Assembly: GCA_044344255.1 (NCBI GenBank)
Contig: JBIJDH010000019.1
Location: forward strand, 114,107-178,106
Reading direction: 5' to 3'
DNA length: 64,000 nt
From: Myxococcota bacterium
GTDB taxonomy: Bacteria > Myxococcota_A > UBA796 > UBA2385
Shown piece by piece: positions 8,971-18,973 of the stretch. The notes beneath the pieces were generated by a model. The model was not told the origin of the DNA. It was given only the letters and a program-made list of their open reading frames with translations, and made no database searches. How positions within the stretch are numbered: the stretch's first letter is position 1; the number at the start of each line of letters is the position of its first letter. The position numbers and the translations under genes were made by a program.

Positions 8971-10234
8971 GCGCGGCACGGCTCCGCGAGACGGCCCCGG
9001 TGAGCCAGCCCACCACCGGCAGCAGGCTCAGGCTCAGCGCCACCGTGAAGACGACGATGCGCTCCATGCCCTCGAGCCGATCGGTGACAGCGGCGTCGAG
9101 CAGGAGCGAGGAGATCATCGCCCCCGCCGCCGCCGCGAGGTGCTGCACCGCTGACTGCGCCGACTGGAAGCGGGCCCGCTCGTCCGGGCCCGGGATGAGC
9201 GAGGAGAGGGACTGGAAGGCAACGTTCCGCACCGACATCGACCCCATCATCAGCGGGAAGAGCAGCACCGCGGGGATGAAGGGGTGATCGGAGTAGAAGC
9301 CGAGCGGGACGATGAAGGCGAGCAGCAGGCTGCCCGCCGCGAAGAGCACGAAGGAGCCGTACCGATCGACGAGCGGCCCCGCGATCCGCAGGCACACGAA
9401 GGAGGTCGCCCCGCCGAGCATGTAGAGCAGCCCGAGGTGCTCGCGGGGATAGCCCACGTTCATCAGCAAGAAGGGGGAGATGTTGGGGATGAGCGCGAAG
9501 CCGGCGGCGTTCATCACCCCGGTGGCGGCGAGGCAGGCCACCACCGTCCGCCGGCCGACGAGCTCGCGGAGCGGGGTGACCGGACCGCCGCGACCGATGT
9601 GGCCCCGCATCGGCGGGAGCAGCGTCGCCGCCGCCACCAGCACCGCGAGGCCGAGCCCGGCGACCACGAAGAAGGGGAGGCGCCAGCCGCCGAGCGTGGC
9701 GAGCTCGAGCCCGGCCGGCACGCCGAGCACCGAGGCGATCGAGAAGGCGCCCATCACCACGCCCATCGCCCGCCCCCGGCGGGAGGCGGGGACGGCGTCG
9801 GCGACGATCGAGAGCGACAGCGCCGTGGCCGGGCCGCCGAAGACGCCGGCGAGGACGCGGGCGGCGAGCAGCGAGGGCAGGCTCCACGACAGGGCCCCGA
9901 GCGCCGTGCCGACGCCGAGGCCCGCCATCGCCACGAGCAGGGCCCGCCGACGGTCAAAGCGGTCGAGGAAGGTGGAGCAGAGGATGCCGCTGATCGCCGC
10001 CGCGGCGGTGTAGGAGCCGCCGATGACCCCGAGGTGGGCCGGCGCGATGCCGAGCTCCCGCGCGAAGTCCGGCCCGAGCGGCATCACCATCATGAAGTCG
10101 AGGATGTTGACGAACTGCACGGCGGCGATGACGAGCAGCAGCCGCGACTCGGCCTTCGTCGCCTCGGGGGGTGGGCTGGCCTCCGGTGGGCGGGCGGCGG
10201 GGGCCGCCTCGGGCGGGGTCTCAGGTGTCGTCAC
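8927..10234 (-). CDS. MFS transporter
   Basis: About 12 TM segments; LDRFDRRR motif A; RVLAGVFGGP. Confidence 0.9.
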   Translation of the reverse strand: MTTPETPPEAAPAARPPEASPPPEATKAESRLLLVIAAVQFVNILDFMMVMPLGPDFARELGIAPAHLGVIGGSYTAAAAISGILCSTFLDRFDRRRALLVAMAGLGVGTALGALSWSLPSLLAARVLAGVFGGPATALSLSIVADAVPASRRGRAMGVVMGAFSIASVLGVPAGLELATLGGWRLPFFVVAGLGLAVLVAAATLLPPMRGHIGRGGPVTPLRELVGRRTVVACLAATGVMNAAGFALIPNISPFLLMNVGYPREHLGLLYMLGGATSFVCLRIAGPLVDRYGSFVLFAAGSLLLAFIVPLGFYSDHPFIPAVLLFPLMMGSMSVRNVAFQSLSSLIPGPDERARFQSAQSAVQHLAAAAGAMISSLLLDAAVTDRLEGMERIVVFTVALSLSLLPVVGWLTGAVSRSRAALSPPAGPGAPPRAG

Positions 10235-10362
10235 GGGCAGCCCCTCTTCGGCGGCGCCGCCCTAACCCACCCCTCAGGCCTTGCGGGTGGTCACCGCGGT
10301 GCGCAGATCGGCCCGACCGCGGCGCCGCCGGAGCTCTCTCCGGACCGACCCGGGAGGTGGAC

Positions 10363-10893
10363 GTGGGTGGAATCTCGCAGCTCGTGGGTCAGCTCCTCTC
10401 TCGAATGGGCGTCTCGCTGAGCGGCCCACAGCTTGTGCTCGTGTTGGCCGTCGTCTCCGCGCTGATGCTCCCCGGCTTCGTCCGCAACGCGCGGGTCTCG
10501 GTCGCCCGCAGCCACCTCGCGCGGGCCCGCCTGCTCAGCGGTCCGGAGCGCCAGGCCGCCGAAGACTCCGTCCTCCGCGCCGCTGGCGAGCAGCCCGCGG
10601 TGCTGGTCGCCGTCGCCGAGGAGGCGCTGCGCCTCGGCCGCGAGGGGCTCGCCCGCGCGGCCACCGAGCGCCTCGGCGCCACCGGCAAGGAGCGCAAGGC
10701 CTACCGCGCGCTCCAGCGGAGCCTCGCCCCGCCCGCCCCGAAGGAGGCCCTGCTCGAGGAGGTGCTCGTCGTGGTCGAGCGGCTCATCGACGAGGGGCGC
10801 ACCGAGGAGGCCGCCCGCCGGCTCGACATCGCCCGCCAGCGCTGGCCCGACGCCCCCACCGTCGAGGCCCTCCAGGCGACCCGGCCGGCCTGA
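10363..10893 (+). CDS. Hypothetical membrane-anchored helical protein
   Basis: GGAGG RBS before GTG; one TM then helical repeats. Confidence 0.55.
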   Translation: MGGISQLVGQLLSRMGVSLSGPQLVLVLAVVSALMLPGFVRNARVSVARSHLARARLLSGPERQAAEDSVLRAAGEQPAVLVAVAEEALRLGREGLARAATERLGATGKERKAYRALQRSLAPPAPKEALLEEVLVVVERLIDEGRTEEAARRLDIARQRWPDAPTVEALQATRPA

Positions 10894-10903
10894 CCGCCCC
10901 CGC

Positions 10904-12199
10904 TCAACTCCAACGGGTGACGTGCCAGGCCTTCTTGCCACGCCGCAGCGCGATCAGGCGGCCGTGGAGGAGGTCTTCGGTGGTCAGTCGATAGTCGCCC
11001 CCCACGGTGCGGCCGTTGACGGCCACCGCCCCGCCCTGGAGGAACTCCCGGGCCTCCCGCTTCGACTTCACCAGGGTGGTGAGCGTCAGCGCGTCGACGA
11101 GGGGCAGCCCCCCCTCGAGCAGGGCGCGGGCGTGCTCGGTGGAGGGGGCGCCGGCCAGCACCTCATCGAGGGTGTCGGCGGGCAGGGCCGCGAGCTCCCC
11201 CGAGAAGAGCGCCCGCCCCGCCGCCTCGGCCTGGTCGCGCGCCGCCTCGCCGTGCACGAAGGCGGTGACGTTCCGCGCCAGGGCCCGCTGGGCGACCCGC
11301 GCGCTGCGGTCCCCGGCGTGGGCGGCCTCGATCTCCAGCACACCCGCCTCAGAGAAGGTGGTGAAGATGCGCAAGAAGCGCAGCACGTCGTCGTCGGAGG
11401 TGTTGAGCCAGAACTGGTAGAAGGCGTAGGGGCTCGTACGATCGGGGCTCAGCCAGATCGCACCCGACTCGGTCTTGCCGAACTTGCCACCGTCCGCCTT
11501 GGTGACCAGCGGCGAGACGAGGGCGAAGGCCTCGTTCTGCCCCGCCGGCAGGATGCGGCGACAGAGGTCGGCCCCCGACACGATGTTGCCCCACTGGTCA
11601 GAGCCGCCCATCTGCAGGGTGACGCCCTCATGCTCCCGGAGGTGCAGGAAGTCGTAGGCCTGGAGGATCATGTAGCTGAATTCGGTGTAGGACAGGCCCT
11701 GGTTGCGCGTGAGACGGTCACGCACAGAGTCCCGCTGCACCATCGCGTTGACGCTGAAGTGCTTGCCGACGTCGCGCAGCACCCGGATGTAGCCGAGCCC
11801 GCCGAGCCAGTCGTGGTTGTTGACCACGATCCCTCGGTTGGGGGCGAGGTCGAGGATGCGCTCGTAGATCTTACGCTGGCCCGCGATGTTCGTCTCTACC
11901 CCCGCCTCGTCGAGGAGCTGCCGCTCGGCCGACTTGCCCGAGGGATCGCCGATGAGGCCGGTGCCGCCGCCCACCACCACCACCGCCTGGTGCCCCGCCT
12001 GCTGGAAGTGCCAGAGCAGCTTGATGCTGACGAGGTTGCCGATGGTCAGGGAGTCCGCGGTGGGGTCAAAGCCGATGTAGGCCCGCCGGCTGCCGCTGCT
12101 GAGGTGGGCCCGGAGCTCCGCCTCGTGGCTGAGGTCATGGATGAGGCCGCGCCAGCGGAGCTCGGCGATGAAGTCCTGGTTCGGGATGAAGTGTGTCAT
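10904..12199 (-). CDS. tyrS: Tyrosyl-tRNA synthetase
   Basis: YIGFDPTADSL(TIGN), QMGGSDQWGNI, KFGKT and C-terminal S4 domain with LRRGKK. Confidence 0.97.
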   Translation of the reverse strand: MTHFIPNQDFIAELRWRGLIHDLSHEAELRAHLSSGSRRAYIGFDPTADSLTIGNLVSIKLLWHFQQAGHQAVVVVGGGTGLIGDPSGKSAERQLLDEAGVETNIAGQRKIYERILDLAPNRGIVVNNHDWLGGLGYIRVLRDVGKHFSVNAMVQRDSVRDRLTRNQGLSYTEFSYMILQAYDFLHLREHEGVTLQMGGSDQWGNIVSGADLCRRILPAGQNEAFALVSPLVTKADGGKFGKTESGAIWLSPDRTSPYAFYQFWLNTSDDDVLRFLRIFTTFSEAGVLEIEAAHAGDRSARVAQRALARNVTAFVHGEAARDQAEAAGRALFSGELAALPADTLDEVLAGAPSTEHARALLEGGLPLVDALTLTTLVKSKREAREFLQGGAVAVNGRTVGGDYRLTTEDLLHGRLIALRRGKKAWHVTRWS

Positions 12200-12285
12200 C
12201 CGCGGAGCCTAGCACGCCAGCCCCGGGCTCGGCGAACCCTCCCCCTCTCGCGGTCGGCCCTCCGTGCGGCCCCTATTCCCGGCCG

Positions 12286-12888
12286 TCAAAACTCCCGGCT
12301 GTCAATCCGCCGCAGCCCGTCGGCCTCGGCCATCTCGATGAGCTCGTCTCGGAAGCGCTTGTACCAGAGCCACTGGGCGACCTCTCGCATCGCGAAGACG
12401 ATGGGGATGGTGATGATGAACATGCTGCCCACCGAGCCCAGGATCCAGCTCACGAAGAAGAAGAGGATGTGCTCGCCGGGGTACTTCATGACGTGCCGCA
12501 GAGAGAGCTTCGCGCAGTCGATGGGGTCGTGCCGCCCCTCCACCACCAGCGGGAAGAACAGCACCAGCGCGATGCCGATCGCCGCGCTCAAGAGGCCGCC
12601 CGAGGCCCCGCCGAGCCAGAAGGGCACGATGTAGAGCAGCACCGCCACACAGTCGGCGCCGATCCGATCCATCTGGATGAGGCCGCCGATCCGCGGGCCC
12701 CGCCCCTCCTCCACCGCGGCCCGCGCCTCGCGAAGCACGTTGACGATGAGGACCGTCCCGACGCCGCAGGTGAACACGAAGGCGAAGAAGAAGGCCCCAA
12801 AGAACAGGAACCAAGACAGGATGTCGCGGCTCACCACCGTCCAGGCCTGCTTGTGAACATCTACGGGGGACAGGGCGGTCTCAGACAT
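12286..12888 (-). CDS. Hypothetical integral membrane protein
   Basis: Several hydrophobic helices; GGAGG RBS. Confidence 0.65.
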   Translation of the reverse strand: MSETALSPVDVHKQAWTVVSRDILSWFLFFGAFFFAFVFTCGVGTVLIVNVLREARAAVEEGRGPRIGGLIQMDRIGADCVAVLLYIVPFWLGGASGGLLSAAIGIALVLFFPLVVEGRHDPIDCAKLSLRHVMKYPGEHILFFFVSWILGSVGSMFIITIPIVFAMREVAQWLWYKRFRDELIEMAEADGLRRIDSREF

Positions 12889-12924
12889 CGGGCCTCCAGC
12901 CCAGCCGCCCTATCCCGAGCCCGC

Positions 12925-13617
12925 CTACTTCGCCGGGGGAGGGCTGCCCACAGCGCCATCGGCTGTGGCAGTGCCGACGGCGGCTCCGTCGGCGGGGGCG
13001 CCCTCGGCCGGGACGGCGGCGGCAGCGGCAGCGGCAGCGGCGGCAGCGGCGGCCTCCTCGGCGAGGCGCTTGGCGTCGGCCTCGGTGACCTGCTTCATCG
13101 CGGCGAGGCCCTTCTCGAAGTCCCCCCCCACCATCTCATCCATCGGCATGACGAGGCCGAAGGCCTTGGACATGAAGTTGTTGTGACCGGTCATCGCCCA
13201 GACCACCTTGGAGCCCTCCCCCTCGGGGGAGACCGTGAAGGTGGTGACGTTCTCCGCCTCAAAGGGGGTGAGGAAGTGCAGATCGATCACCACCTCGGCG
13301 GGCGGAGTCGAACCCTTGATCGTCATCTTCCCGCTGCCCACCTCGTCGTTACCGTCCCAGGCGTAGGCCGCGCCGACCCCCGTCTCGGGCCCCGTGTAGG
13401 TGGTCTTCATCTGGGGATCGATCTTCGCCCAGGGCGACCAGGCCTCCCACTTGTGGAAGTCGTTGATGTGGCTGAAGACCAGCTCCGGCGACGCCGACAC
13501 CGAGGTGGTGCGCTGCACCTTGAAGTCCGCCGGCTGCATGGCGATCACGCCGACGAGCGCGGCGACGAGCACGCCGGCCCCGAGCGCGATCTTGGGGAGG
13601 ATGGACGACTTGGACAT
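12925..13617 (-). CDS. SRPBCC (polyketide cyclase/START-like) family protein with N-terminal anchor
   Basis: DFHKWEAWSPW, GVGAAYAWDGN and MVGGDFEKGL; poly-Ala tail. Confidence 0.85.
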   Translation of the reverse strand: MSKSSILPKIALGAGVLVAALVGVIAMQPADFKVQRTTSVSASPELVFSHINDFHKWEAWSPWAKIDPQMKTTYTGPETGVGAAYAWDGNDEVGSGKMTIKGSTPPAEVVIDLHFLTPFEAENVTTFTVSPEGEGSKVVWAMTGHNNFMSKAFGLVMPMDEMVGGDFEKGLAAMKQVTEADAKRLAEEAAAAAAAAAAAAAVPAEGAPADGAAVGTATADGAVGSPPPAK

Positions 13618-13692
13618 GCGGACCTCGATCAAGAGAGAAGATTCCCGAACTATCCGCGCCCCCCGATCCGGGTCCAGGGATGATCGCGCACA

Positions 13693-13708
13693 ATTTGACA
13701 GAACAAAT
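13693..13708. promoter_or_regulatory. AT-rich palindrome ATTTG-N6-CAAAT containing TTGACA, between divergent genes
   Basis: Read directly; role as an operator is inferred. Confidence 0.35.
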
Positions 13709-13815
13709 CGGAGGGACGATCGGGGTCGCCCGCGAATCGGCGCCAGCGCTCCGCCCGCCGCAGCGGCGGTGGCGGCCCAGATCCAATAGGCAGGCCCGTC
13801 ACCGGAGCCCCCTCG

Positions 13816-16005
13816 ATGTTGTCCCTCGCGATCGCCCTGTCCCCGCTCTGCCTCTCCGGCTTCACCCTGCTGGTCGACACGGCGCACGCCGACGAGGCGG
13901 ACCCTCGCCTCTGGCTCGAGGAGGTCGAAGGCCAGAAGGCCCTCGACTGGGTGCGCGCGGGCAACGCGCAGACGCTGGAGGCCTTCGCGAAGGGCCCTCG
14001 TTTCACGAGCACGCGGGACCGCCTTCGCGCCTCGCTCGACTCCGACGCCCGCATCCCCTACGTCGAGGAGCGAGGGGACTACCTCTACAACTTCTGGGTG
14101 GACGGCGCCCACCCCCAGGGCCTCTGGCGCCGCACCACCTGGGCCGAGTACCGCAAGGCGGAGCCCCAGTGGGAGCTCATCCTAGACCTCGACGCCCTCT
14201 CCGAGAAGGAGGGCCAGCGCTGGGTCTGGCACGGGTCCAACTGCCTCGCCCCCGACTGGAGCCGCTGCATGGTGGAGCTCTCCCCGGGCGGCTCCGACAC
14301 CGGCGTGCTGCGTGAGTTCGACGTCTCCGCCAAGACCTTCGTCGCCGACGGCTTCGTGCTCCCCCCCAGCAAGGGTGAGGCCGACTGGCTCGACCGCGAC
14401 CACCTCCTCCTCGCGACCGACTTCGGAGAGGGCTCCTTGACCGACTCCGGATACGCTCGCACCGTGCGCATCTGGACCCGCGGCACCGCCTACACCGCCG
14501 CCGCCCCCCTCTTCGAGGGCCAGAGACAAGACGTGTCCGTGGGCGGCTGGCACGACGACACCCCCGGCTTCGAGCGGGACTTCGTCTATCGCGCCCTCAC
14601 CTTCTACACGGGCCTCCTCTACGAGCGCGTGAAAGGAAAGCTCGTTCAAGTCGAGAAGCCCGATGACTGCGAGGCCAGCGTCTATGGCGATCACATCTAC
14701 TTCCGCCCCCGCACCGACTGGGCGGTGGGCGGCGTCACCCACAAGGGCGGCTCCCTGCTCGTGGCGCCCTACAAGGCCTGGATGAAGGGGGAGCGGAGGG
14801 TCGAGGCGCTCTTCACCCCCACAGACTCCACCAGCCTCCAGGGCTGGACCGCCACCCGCGGCCAGGTGGCCCTGGAGATCTTGGAGGACGTGCGCTCCCG
14901 CGTCGAGCTCGTCACCCCTCCCCAGGGCCGAAAGAACCGGAAGAAGGGATGGACCCACGCCCCCCTCCAAGGGATCCCCAAGCTCGGCACCGTCTCCGTC
15001 TCCGCGGTTGACGCCGATGCGTCGGACGCGCTCTGGATCGTGGTCACCGACTACCTCACGCCGAGCACGCTCAGCCTCCAGGAGCCTGGCGCCGCCCCCG
15101 AGGTGCTCAAGCGGGGCCCCTCCTTCTTCAAGACCGACGGCCTCACCGTCGAGCAGCACTTCGCGACCTCCAAAGACGGCACCCGCGTCCCCTATTTTCA
15201 GGTCGGCCCCACCGCCGTCCCCACGGGTGGGCTCCCCACGCTGCTCTACGGGTACGGCGGCTTCGAGGTCTCCCTCACACCCGGCTATCAGTCCGGCTTC
15301 GGCATCGGCTGGCTCGAGCAGGGCGGGGTCTATGTGGTCGCCAACATCCGCGGCGGCGGGGAGTACGGGCCGCGGTGGCATCAGGCCGCGCTGCGCGAGA
15401 AGCGGCACGCCGCCTATGAAGACTTCGCCGCCGTCGGAGAGGATCTCGTGAAGCGCGGCGTCACCCGCAAGGAGAAGCTCGGCGTCATGGGTGGCTCCAA
15501 CGGCGGCCTGCTGATGGGCAACATGTACACGACCTACCCCGACCACTGGGGGGCGGTGGTCTGTCAGGTGCCGCTGCTCGACATGAAGCGTTACTCCGGC
15601 CTGCTCGCCGGGGCGAGCTGGATGGGCGAATACGGAGACCCGAGCGTCCCCGAAGACTGGGCCTTCCTCCAGCGCTACTCGCCCTACCACAACATGGACG
15701 CCGCGAAGGCCTATCCGCCCATCCTCTTCACCACGAGCACCCGCGACGACCGCGTCCACCCCGGCCACGCCCGTAAGATGGCGTCCCTGATCGACTCCCT
15801 CGACAAGCCGATGTTCTACTACGAGAACATCGAGGGCGGGCACGGCGGCGCCGCCAACAACGAGCAGCGGGCCTTCATGTGGGCGCTGAGCTTCGAGTTC
15901 CTGTGGCAGACCCTCGCGCCCCCGCAGGTCCCGCCCCCGCAGGTCGCTCCCCCGCAGGTCCCGCCCCCGCAGGTCACTCCCCGATCGTCGCCGACTGCGC
16001 CGTGA
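13816..16005 (+). CDS. Prolyl oligopeptidase, family S9A, secreted
   Basis: YGYGGF, NIRGGGEYG, GGSNGG (catalytic Ser), DDRV and GGHG. Confidence 0.93.
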   Translation: MLSLAIALSPLCLSGFTLLVDTAHADEADPRLWLEEVEGQKALDWVRAGNAQTLEAFAKGPRFTSTRDRLRASLDSDARIPYVEERGDYLYNFWVDGAHPQGLWRRTTWAEYRKAEPQWELILDLDALSEKEGQRWVWHGSNCLAPDWSRCMVELSPGGSDTGVLREFDVSAKTFVADGFVLPPSKGEADWLDRDHLLLATDFGEGSLTDSGYARTVRIWTRGTAYTAAAPLFEGQRQDVSVGGWHDDTPGFERDFVYRALTFYTGLLYERVKGKLVQVEKPDDCEASVYGDHIYFRPRTDWAVGGVTHKGGSLLVAPYKAWMKGERRVEALFTPTDSTSLQGWTATRGQVALEILEDVRSRVELVTPPQGRKNRKKGWTHAPLQGIPKLGTVSVSAVDADASDALWIVVTDYLTPSTLSLQEPGAAPEVLKRGPSFFKTDGLTVEQHFATSKDGTRVPYFQVGPTAVPTGGLPTLLYGYGGFEVSLTPGYQSGFGIGWLEQGGVYVVANIRGGGEYGPRWHQAALREKRHAAYEDFAAVGEDLVKRGVTRKEKLGVMGGSNGGLLMGNMYTTYPDHWGAVVCQVPLLDMKRYSGLLAGASWMGEYGDPSVPEDWAFLQRYSPYHNMDAAKAYPPILFTTSTRDDRVHPGHARKMASLIDSLDKPMFYYENIEGGHGGAANNEQRAFMWALSFEFLWQTLAPPQVPPPQVAPPQVPPPQVTPRSSPTAP
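15919..15978. repeat. 15-bp tandem repeat x4 (CCCCCGCAGGTCNNN) encoding PPQV-type repeats
   Basis: Read directly, at the junction of convergent genes. Confidence 0.9.
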
Positions 16006-17101
16006 CGGCGCGGGTGGCCAGCGGCGAGAGGTCGCAGGCCGCGGTGGAGACCTGGGCCGTCGGCGCCTCGGCGTAGGGGTCGACCGCCTCGATTCGGAGG
16101 CCGCAGGCCTCTCCGATCGGGCTGTCGAAGAGGACGGCGAAGTGGCGCTCGAAGTGGTGGTGGCCCGGCCGATAGACGAGCTGAAAGACCGAGCGGAGGT
16201 CGAAGTCCACCCCATCGAGGCGGCCGGAGGCCCGGACGAAGGCCCCGGGCGCCGTCGCGGTGACGTTGTCGCCGAGGCGCAGCGAGAGGGTGATCTCTCC
16301 CCCCTCGAAGGTGAGGTGATGCACGTCTTCGGCCCAGGCGGGGTCCTCGCAGGCCCCAAGCTCGATCGCGCCGACCTCCCAGCGCTCCACCTCGGGGCTG
16401 CGCAGCGTGAAGGACAGGCCCGCCCCCGTGGCCGCGTCCCGGAGCAGCCCGTTGACCGTGAGCGGCTCCGGGAGCTCCCCCTCGGCGCCGACGAGCAGCA
16501 GGCTGTGCTCGAGGAGGAAGGGATCGCCCCGCTCCATCGGCTGGACCCCGACGAGCGAGGTGTAGGTGGAGCCTGCGGCGCTGCTCGTCGACACCGTGGT
16601 CGCGCCGAGGCCGGCCATCGCCGGGCCGGGGCTGGAGAGGCCGCGCAGCGTGCAGACCGGCAGGCTGAGCGCGTACTCCCCAGGGTCCGTCGGCAGGGCG
16701 TAGCTCCCCTCCACGACGCGCAGGAGAGCCTTCCCGGCGAGCTCCTCCTCGAGACTGCGGTCCTCGTTCCAGGCGCTGCAGTACACGGCCTCCGGGCCCA
16801 CCTCGACCCGACCGCCCCAGCCCTCCTCCCCCGACCAGGCCTCCGCCCCGGGGCAGGCCGACCAGTCATAAGCCGGCTCCGGCGCCCCCGTGTCTCCCCC
16901 GCCGTCGGTGCCGTCGGTGCCGTCGGTGCCGTCGGTGCCGTCACTCCCATCGGTGCCGTCGGTCCCGTCGGTGCCGTCTCCTTCTCCCTCTCCCCCTCCC
17001 TCGGCGCCGCTCCCCTTCCCGCAGCCCAGCAGGGCGCAGAGGGGGACGACGAGGAGAGGGAGAGCGAGGGCGGCGGCGGCGATAGACCGAGGGGCTGTCA
17101 C
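15974..17101 (-). CDS. Hypothetical lipoprotein with DGT-repeat linker
   Basis: ALLGC lipobox; (DGT)n linker from 9-bp repeats at about 16900-16977; GTG start inferred. Confidence 0.7.
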   Translation of the reverse strand: MTAPRSIAAAALALPLLVVPLCALLGCGKGSGAEGGGEGEGDGTDGTDGTDGSDGTDGTDGTDGTDGGGDTGAPEPAYDWSACPGAEAWSGEEGWGGRVEVGPEAVYCSAWNEDRSLEEELAGKALLRVVEGSYALPTDPGEYALSLPVCTLRGLSSPGPAMAGLGATTVSTSSAAGSTYTSLVGVQPMERGDPFLLEHSLLLVGAEGELPEPLTVNGLLRDAATGAGLSFTLRSPEVERWEVGAIELGACEDPAWAEDVHHLTFEGGEITLSLRLGDNVTATAPGAFVRASGRLDGVDFDLRSVFQLVYRPGHHHFERHFAVLFDSPIGEACGLRIEAVDPYAEAPTAQVSTAACDLSPLATRAVTAQSATIGE

Positions 17102-17147
17102 GGGGAGGCTCCGAGGTCGCGCGGCGGTGAGCGCCGCGGCGCGCCGA

Positions 17148-18911
17148 TCAAGGGGACGACAGGAGGACATAGAGCGCGCCGCCCTGACGAGCGCCGGTGG
17201 ACTCGCGGGTGGCGCCGATGAGGAGGTCGGGGATGCCGTCGTTGTCCGCGTCTCCGAAGCCGACCCCGCGCCCCGCGCCGTCCCGCTTCTGCTCGGACGC
17301 GAGGCTGAGCGTGGCGTCCTCGGTGCCGAGGCTGCCGCTGATCGCCCCTGCGTACAGATAGGCGGCGCCGCCGCCCGGGCCGGTGACCGAGGCCTCCCCC
17401 GCGCCGACGAGCAGCGCGTCGCGGCCGTCCAGGTCGAGGTCGGCGGTGTCGATAGAGGAGCCGAAGGCGGAGCCGGAGTCTCCCGAGAGGATGGCCACGG
17501 CCTCGGACAGGCGGGTCGTGCCGGCGGCCGGCCCTGGCACCACCCAGACGCGGCCGGCCCCCGAGGCGGCGGAGAGCCCGCCGATGATGGCGTCGGAGAG
17601 GCCGTCCCCGTCGAGGTCACCCATGGTGAGGGCCTCTCCCGCATAGTCATAAGCCGAGGCCCCCACCAGCTTGCCGTCCGAGCCCGACAGCTCATAGGTG
17701 CCCGAGACCGGCCCATAGACCACGTGGACCGCGCCGGCGTAGGGGCCCCCCTCGCTGTCGTAGCTGGCGGTGATCAGCAGGTCGCCCACGCCGTCCCCGT
17801 TGAGGTCTCCGCCCGCCTTATCGACGCGGCCTGTCTCGCTGTTGGTGGAGGCGCCCACGAGCTCGGCGTCGAAGTCGGTCTGGATCTCCAGGTCCATCGT
17901 GTCGAGCGGCCCATAGAACAGATAGACCGAGCCCGACATCGGCCCGCCGGTGGTGGCCTCTCCCGCGGCGATCATGGCGTCGAAGACGCCGTCCCCGTTC
18001 AGATCTGCGAGGTCGCCCCCGTGCCCACACTCCACCGGCGCCGCGCACTGGCCGCGGAAGTCCGCCTCGCTAAAATTCAGCTCCTCGGTCACCGGGCCGA
18101 AGACGATGACGGCGTCATAGGCCGAGGCGTCGGGTGAGCCGAGCAGGACATCATCGAAGCCGTCGGCGTTGACGTCGCCCACGGCCACGGTGCGACCACC
18201 CTCGTAGCTCCCCGAGCCGCCCTTGATCTCGATCGAGCTGTCACCCAGCGCCTCCCAGCCGCTGACCGGGCCGGGGATGACCCAGGCGCTGCCCTGGTAG
18301 CTGTGCGCCCACATCGCGCCGATGACGATGTCGTCGTCGCCATCACCGTCGAGGTCTCCCACGTCCATGTGGGCGCCGGCGTCGCCGGCGGGATCGGTGC
18401 CCCACCGCTTGGCGTCCGCGTCGGCGAGCCCGCCCTCGGGGAGGCAGGTGTCGTCGTCACCGCCGCAGTCGGCGTCGAGCCCGTCGCCGCAGGCGTCGGC
18501 GGCCCCGGGGTAGACCGCCGCGTCGTCATCATCGCAGTCATCGCCGTCGGGGCAAGCCGTCGCCTCGTGACCGTCGCCGTCGAGGTCAAAGCCGTCGTCG
18601 ACGAGGAGGTCACAATTGTCGTCGTGACCGTTACAGAGCTCCTCCGCGGCGGGGTGGACGTCGGCGTCCGTGTCGTCACAGTCCCCCGCCTGGGTGACCC
18701 AGCCGGGCGGCGGGGTCTTGGCCTCCTCTTGGGTGGCCTCGTCTCCCCAGCCGTCCCCGTCCCCGTCCTTGTAGACGAGGGTGGGATCGGCCTTCCCGCC
18801 AGACACCCCCCCGCTTCGGCACCCCGCCAGCAGGCTGCCGCTGAGGAGGAGCGCGAAGGGCGCGCGGCCCCAGAGTGGACGGAGGCGGGCGGGAGGGATG
18901 GGGGAGCGCAT
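17148..18911 (-). CDS. Lipoprotein with MopE-related/putative metal-binding repeats and FG-GAP (integrin-alpha-like) repeats
   Basis: LLAGC; GDCDD...HPAAEELCNGHDDNCD; many GDLDGDG-type repeats. Confidence 0.85.
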   Translation of the reverse strand: MRSPIPPARLRPLWGRAPFALLLSGSLLAGCRSGGVSGGKADPTLVYKDGDGDGWGDEATQEEAKTPPPGWVTQAGDCDDTDADVHPAAEELCNGHDDNCDLLVDDGFDLDGDGHEATACPDGDDCDDDDAAVYPGAADACGDGLDADCGGDDDTCLPEGGLADADAKRWGTDPAGDAGAHMDVGDLDGDGDDDIVIGAMWAHSYQGSAWVIPGPVSGWEALGDSSIEIKGGSGSYEGGRTVAVGDVNADGFDDVLLGSPDASAYDAVIVFGPVTEELNFSEADFRGQCAAPVECGHGGDLADLNGDGVFDAMIAAGEATTGGPMSGSVYLFYGPLDTMDLEIQTDFDAELVGASTNSETGRVDKAGGDLNGDGVGDLLITASYDSEGGPYAGAVHVVYGPVSGTYELSGSDGKLVGASAYDYAGEALTMGDLDGDGLSDAIIGGLSAASGAGRVWVVPGPAAGTTRLSEAVAILSGDSGSAFGSSIDTADLDLDGRDALLVGAGEASVTGPGGGAAYLYAGAISGSLGTEDATLSLASEQKRDGAGRGVGFGDADNDGIPDLLIGATRESTGARQGGALYVLLSSP

Positions 18912-18973
18912 CCGGGCAGGATAGCGCAGGCCGGTCATCGGGGGCCACTGTTCTCGACGACGGAGGGACGGGC

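Noticed and set aside
14182..16950. Long antisense/shadow ORFs (this one, and 28550-30829, 33474-35750, 35276-38212, 50289-52316, 58027-60033)
   Set aside because: They mirror real genes on the opposite strand, as expected at very high GC; no recognisable motifs.
16900..16977. 9-bp repeats as a non-coding repeat element (also about 20870-20962 and 26323-26380)
   Set aside because: They are in-frame DGT/DAD linkers of lipoproteins.
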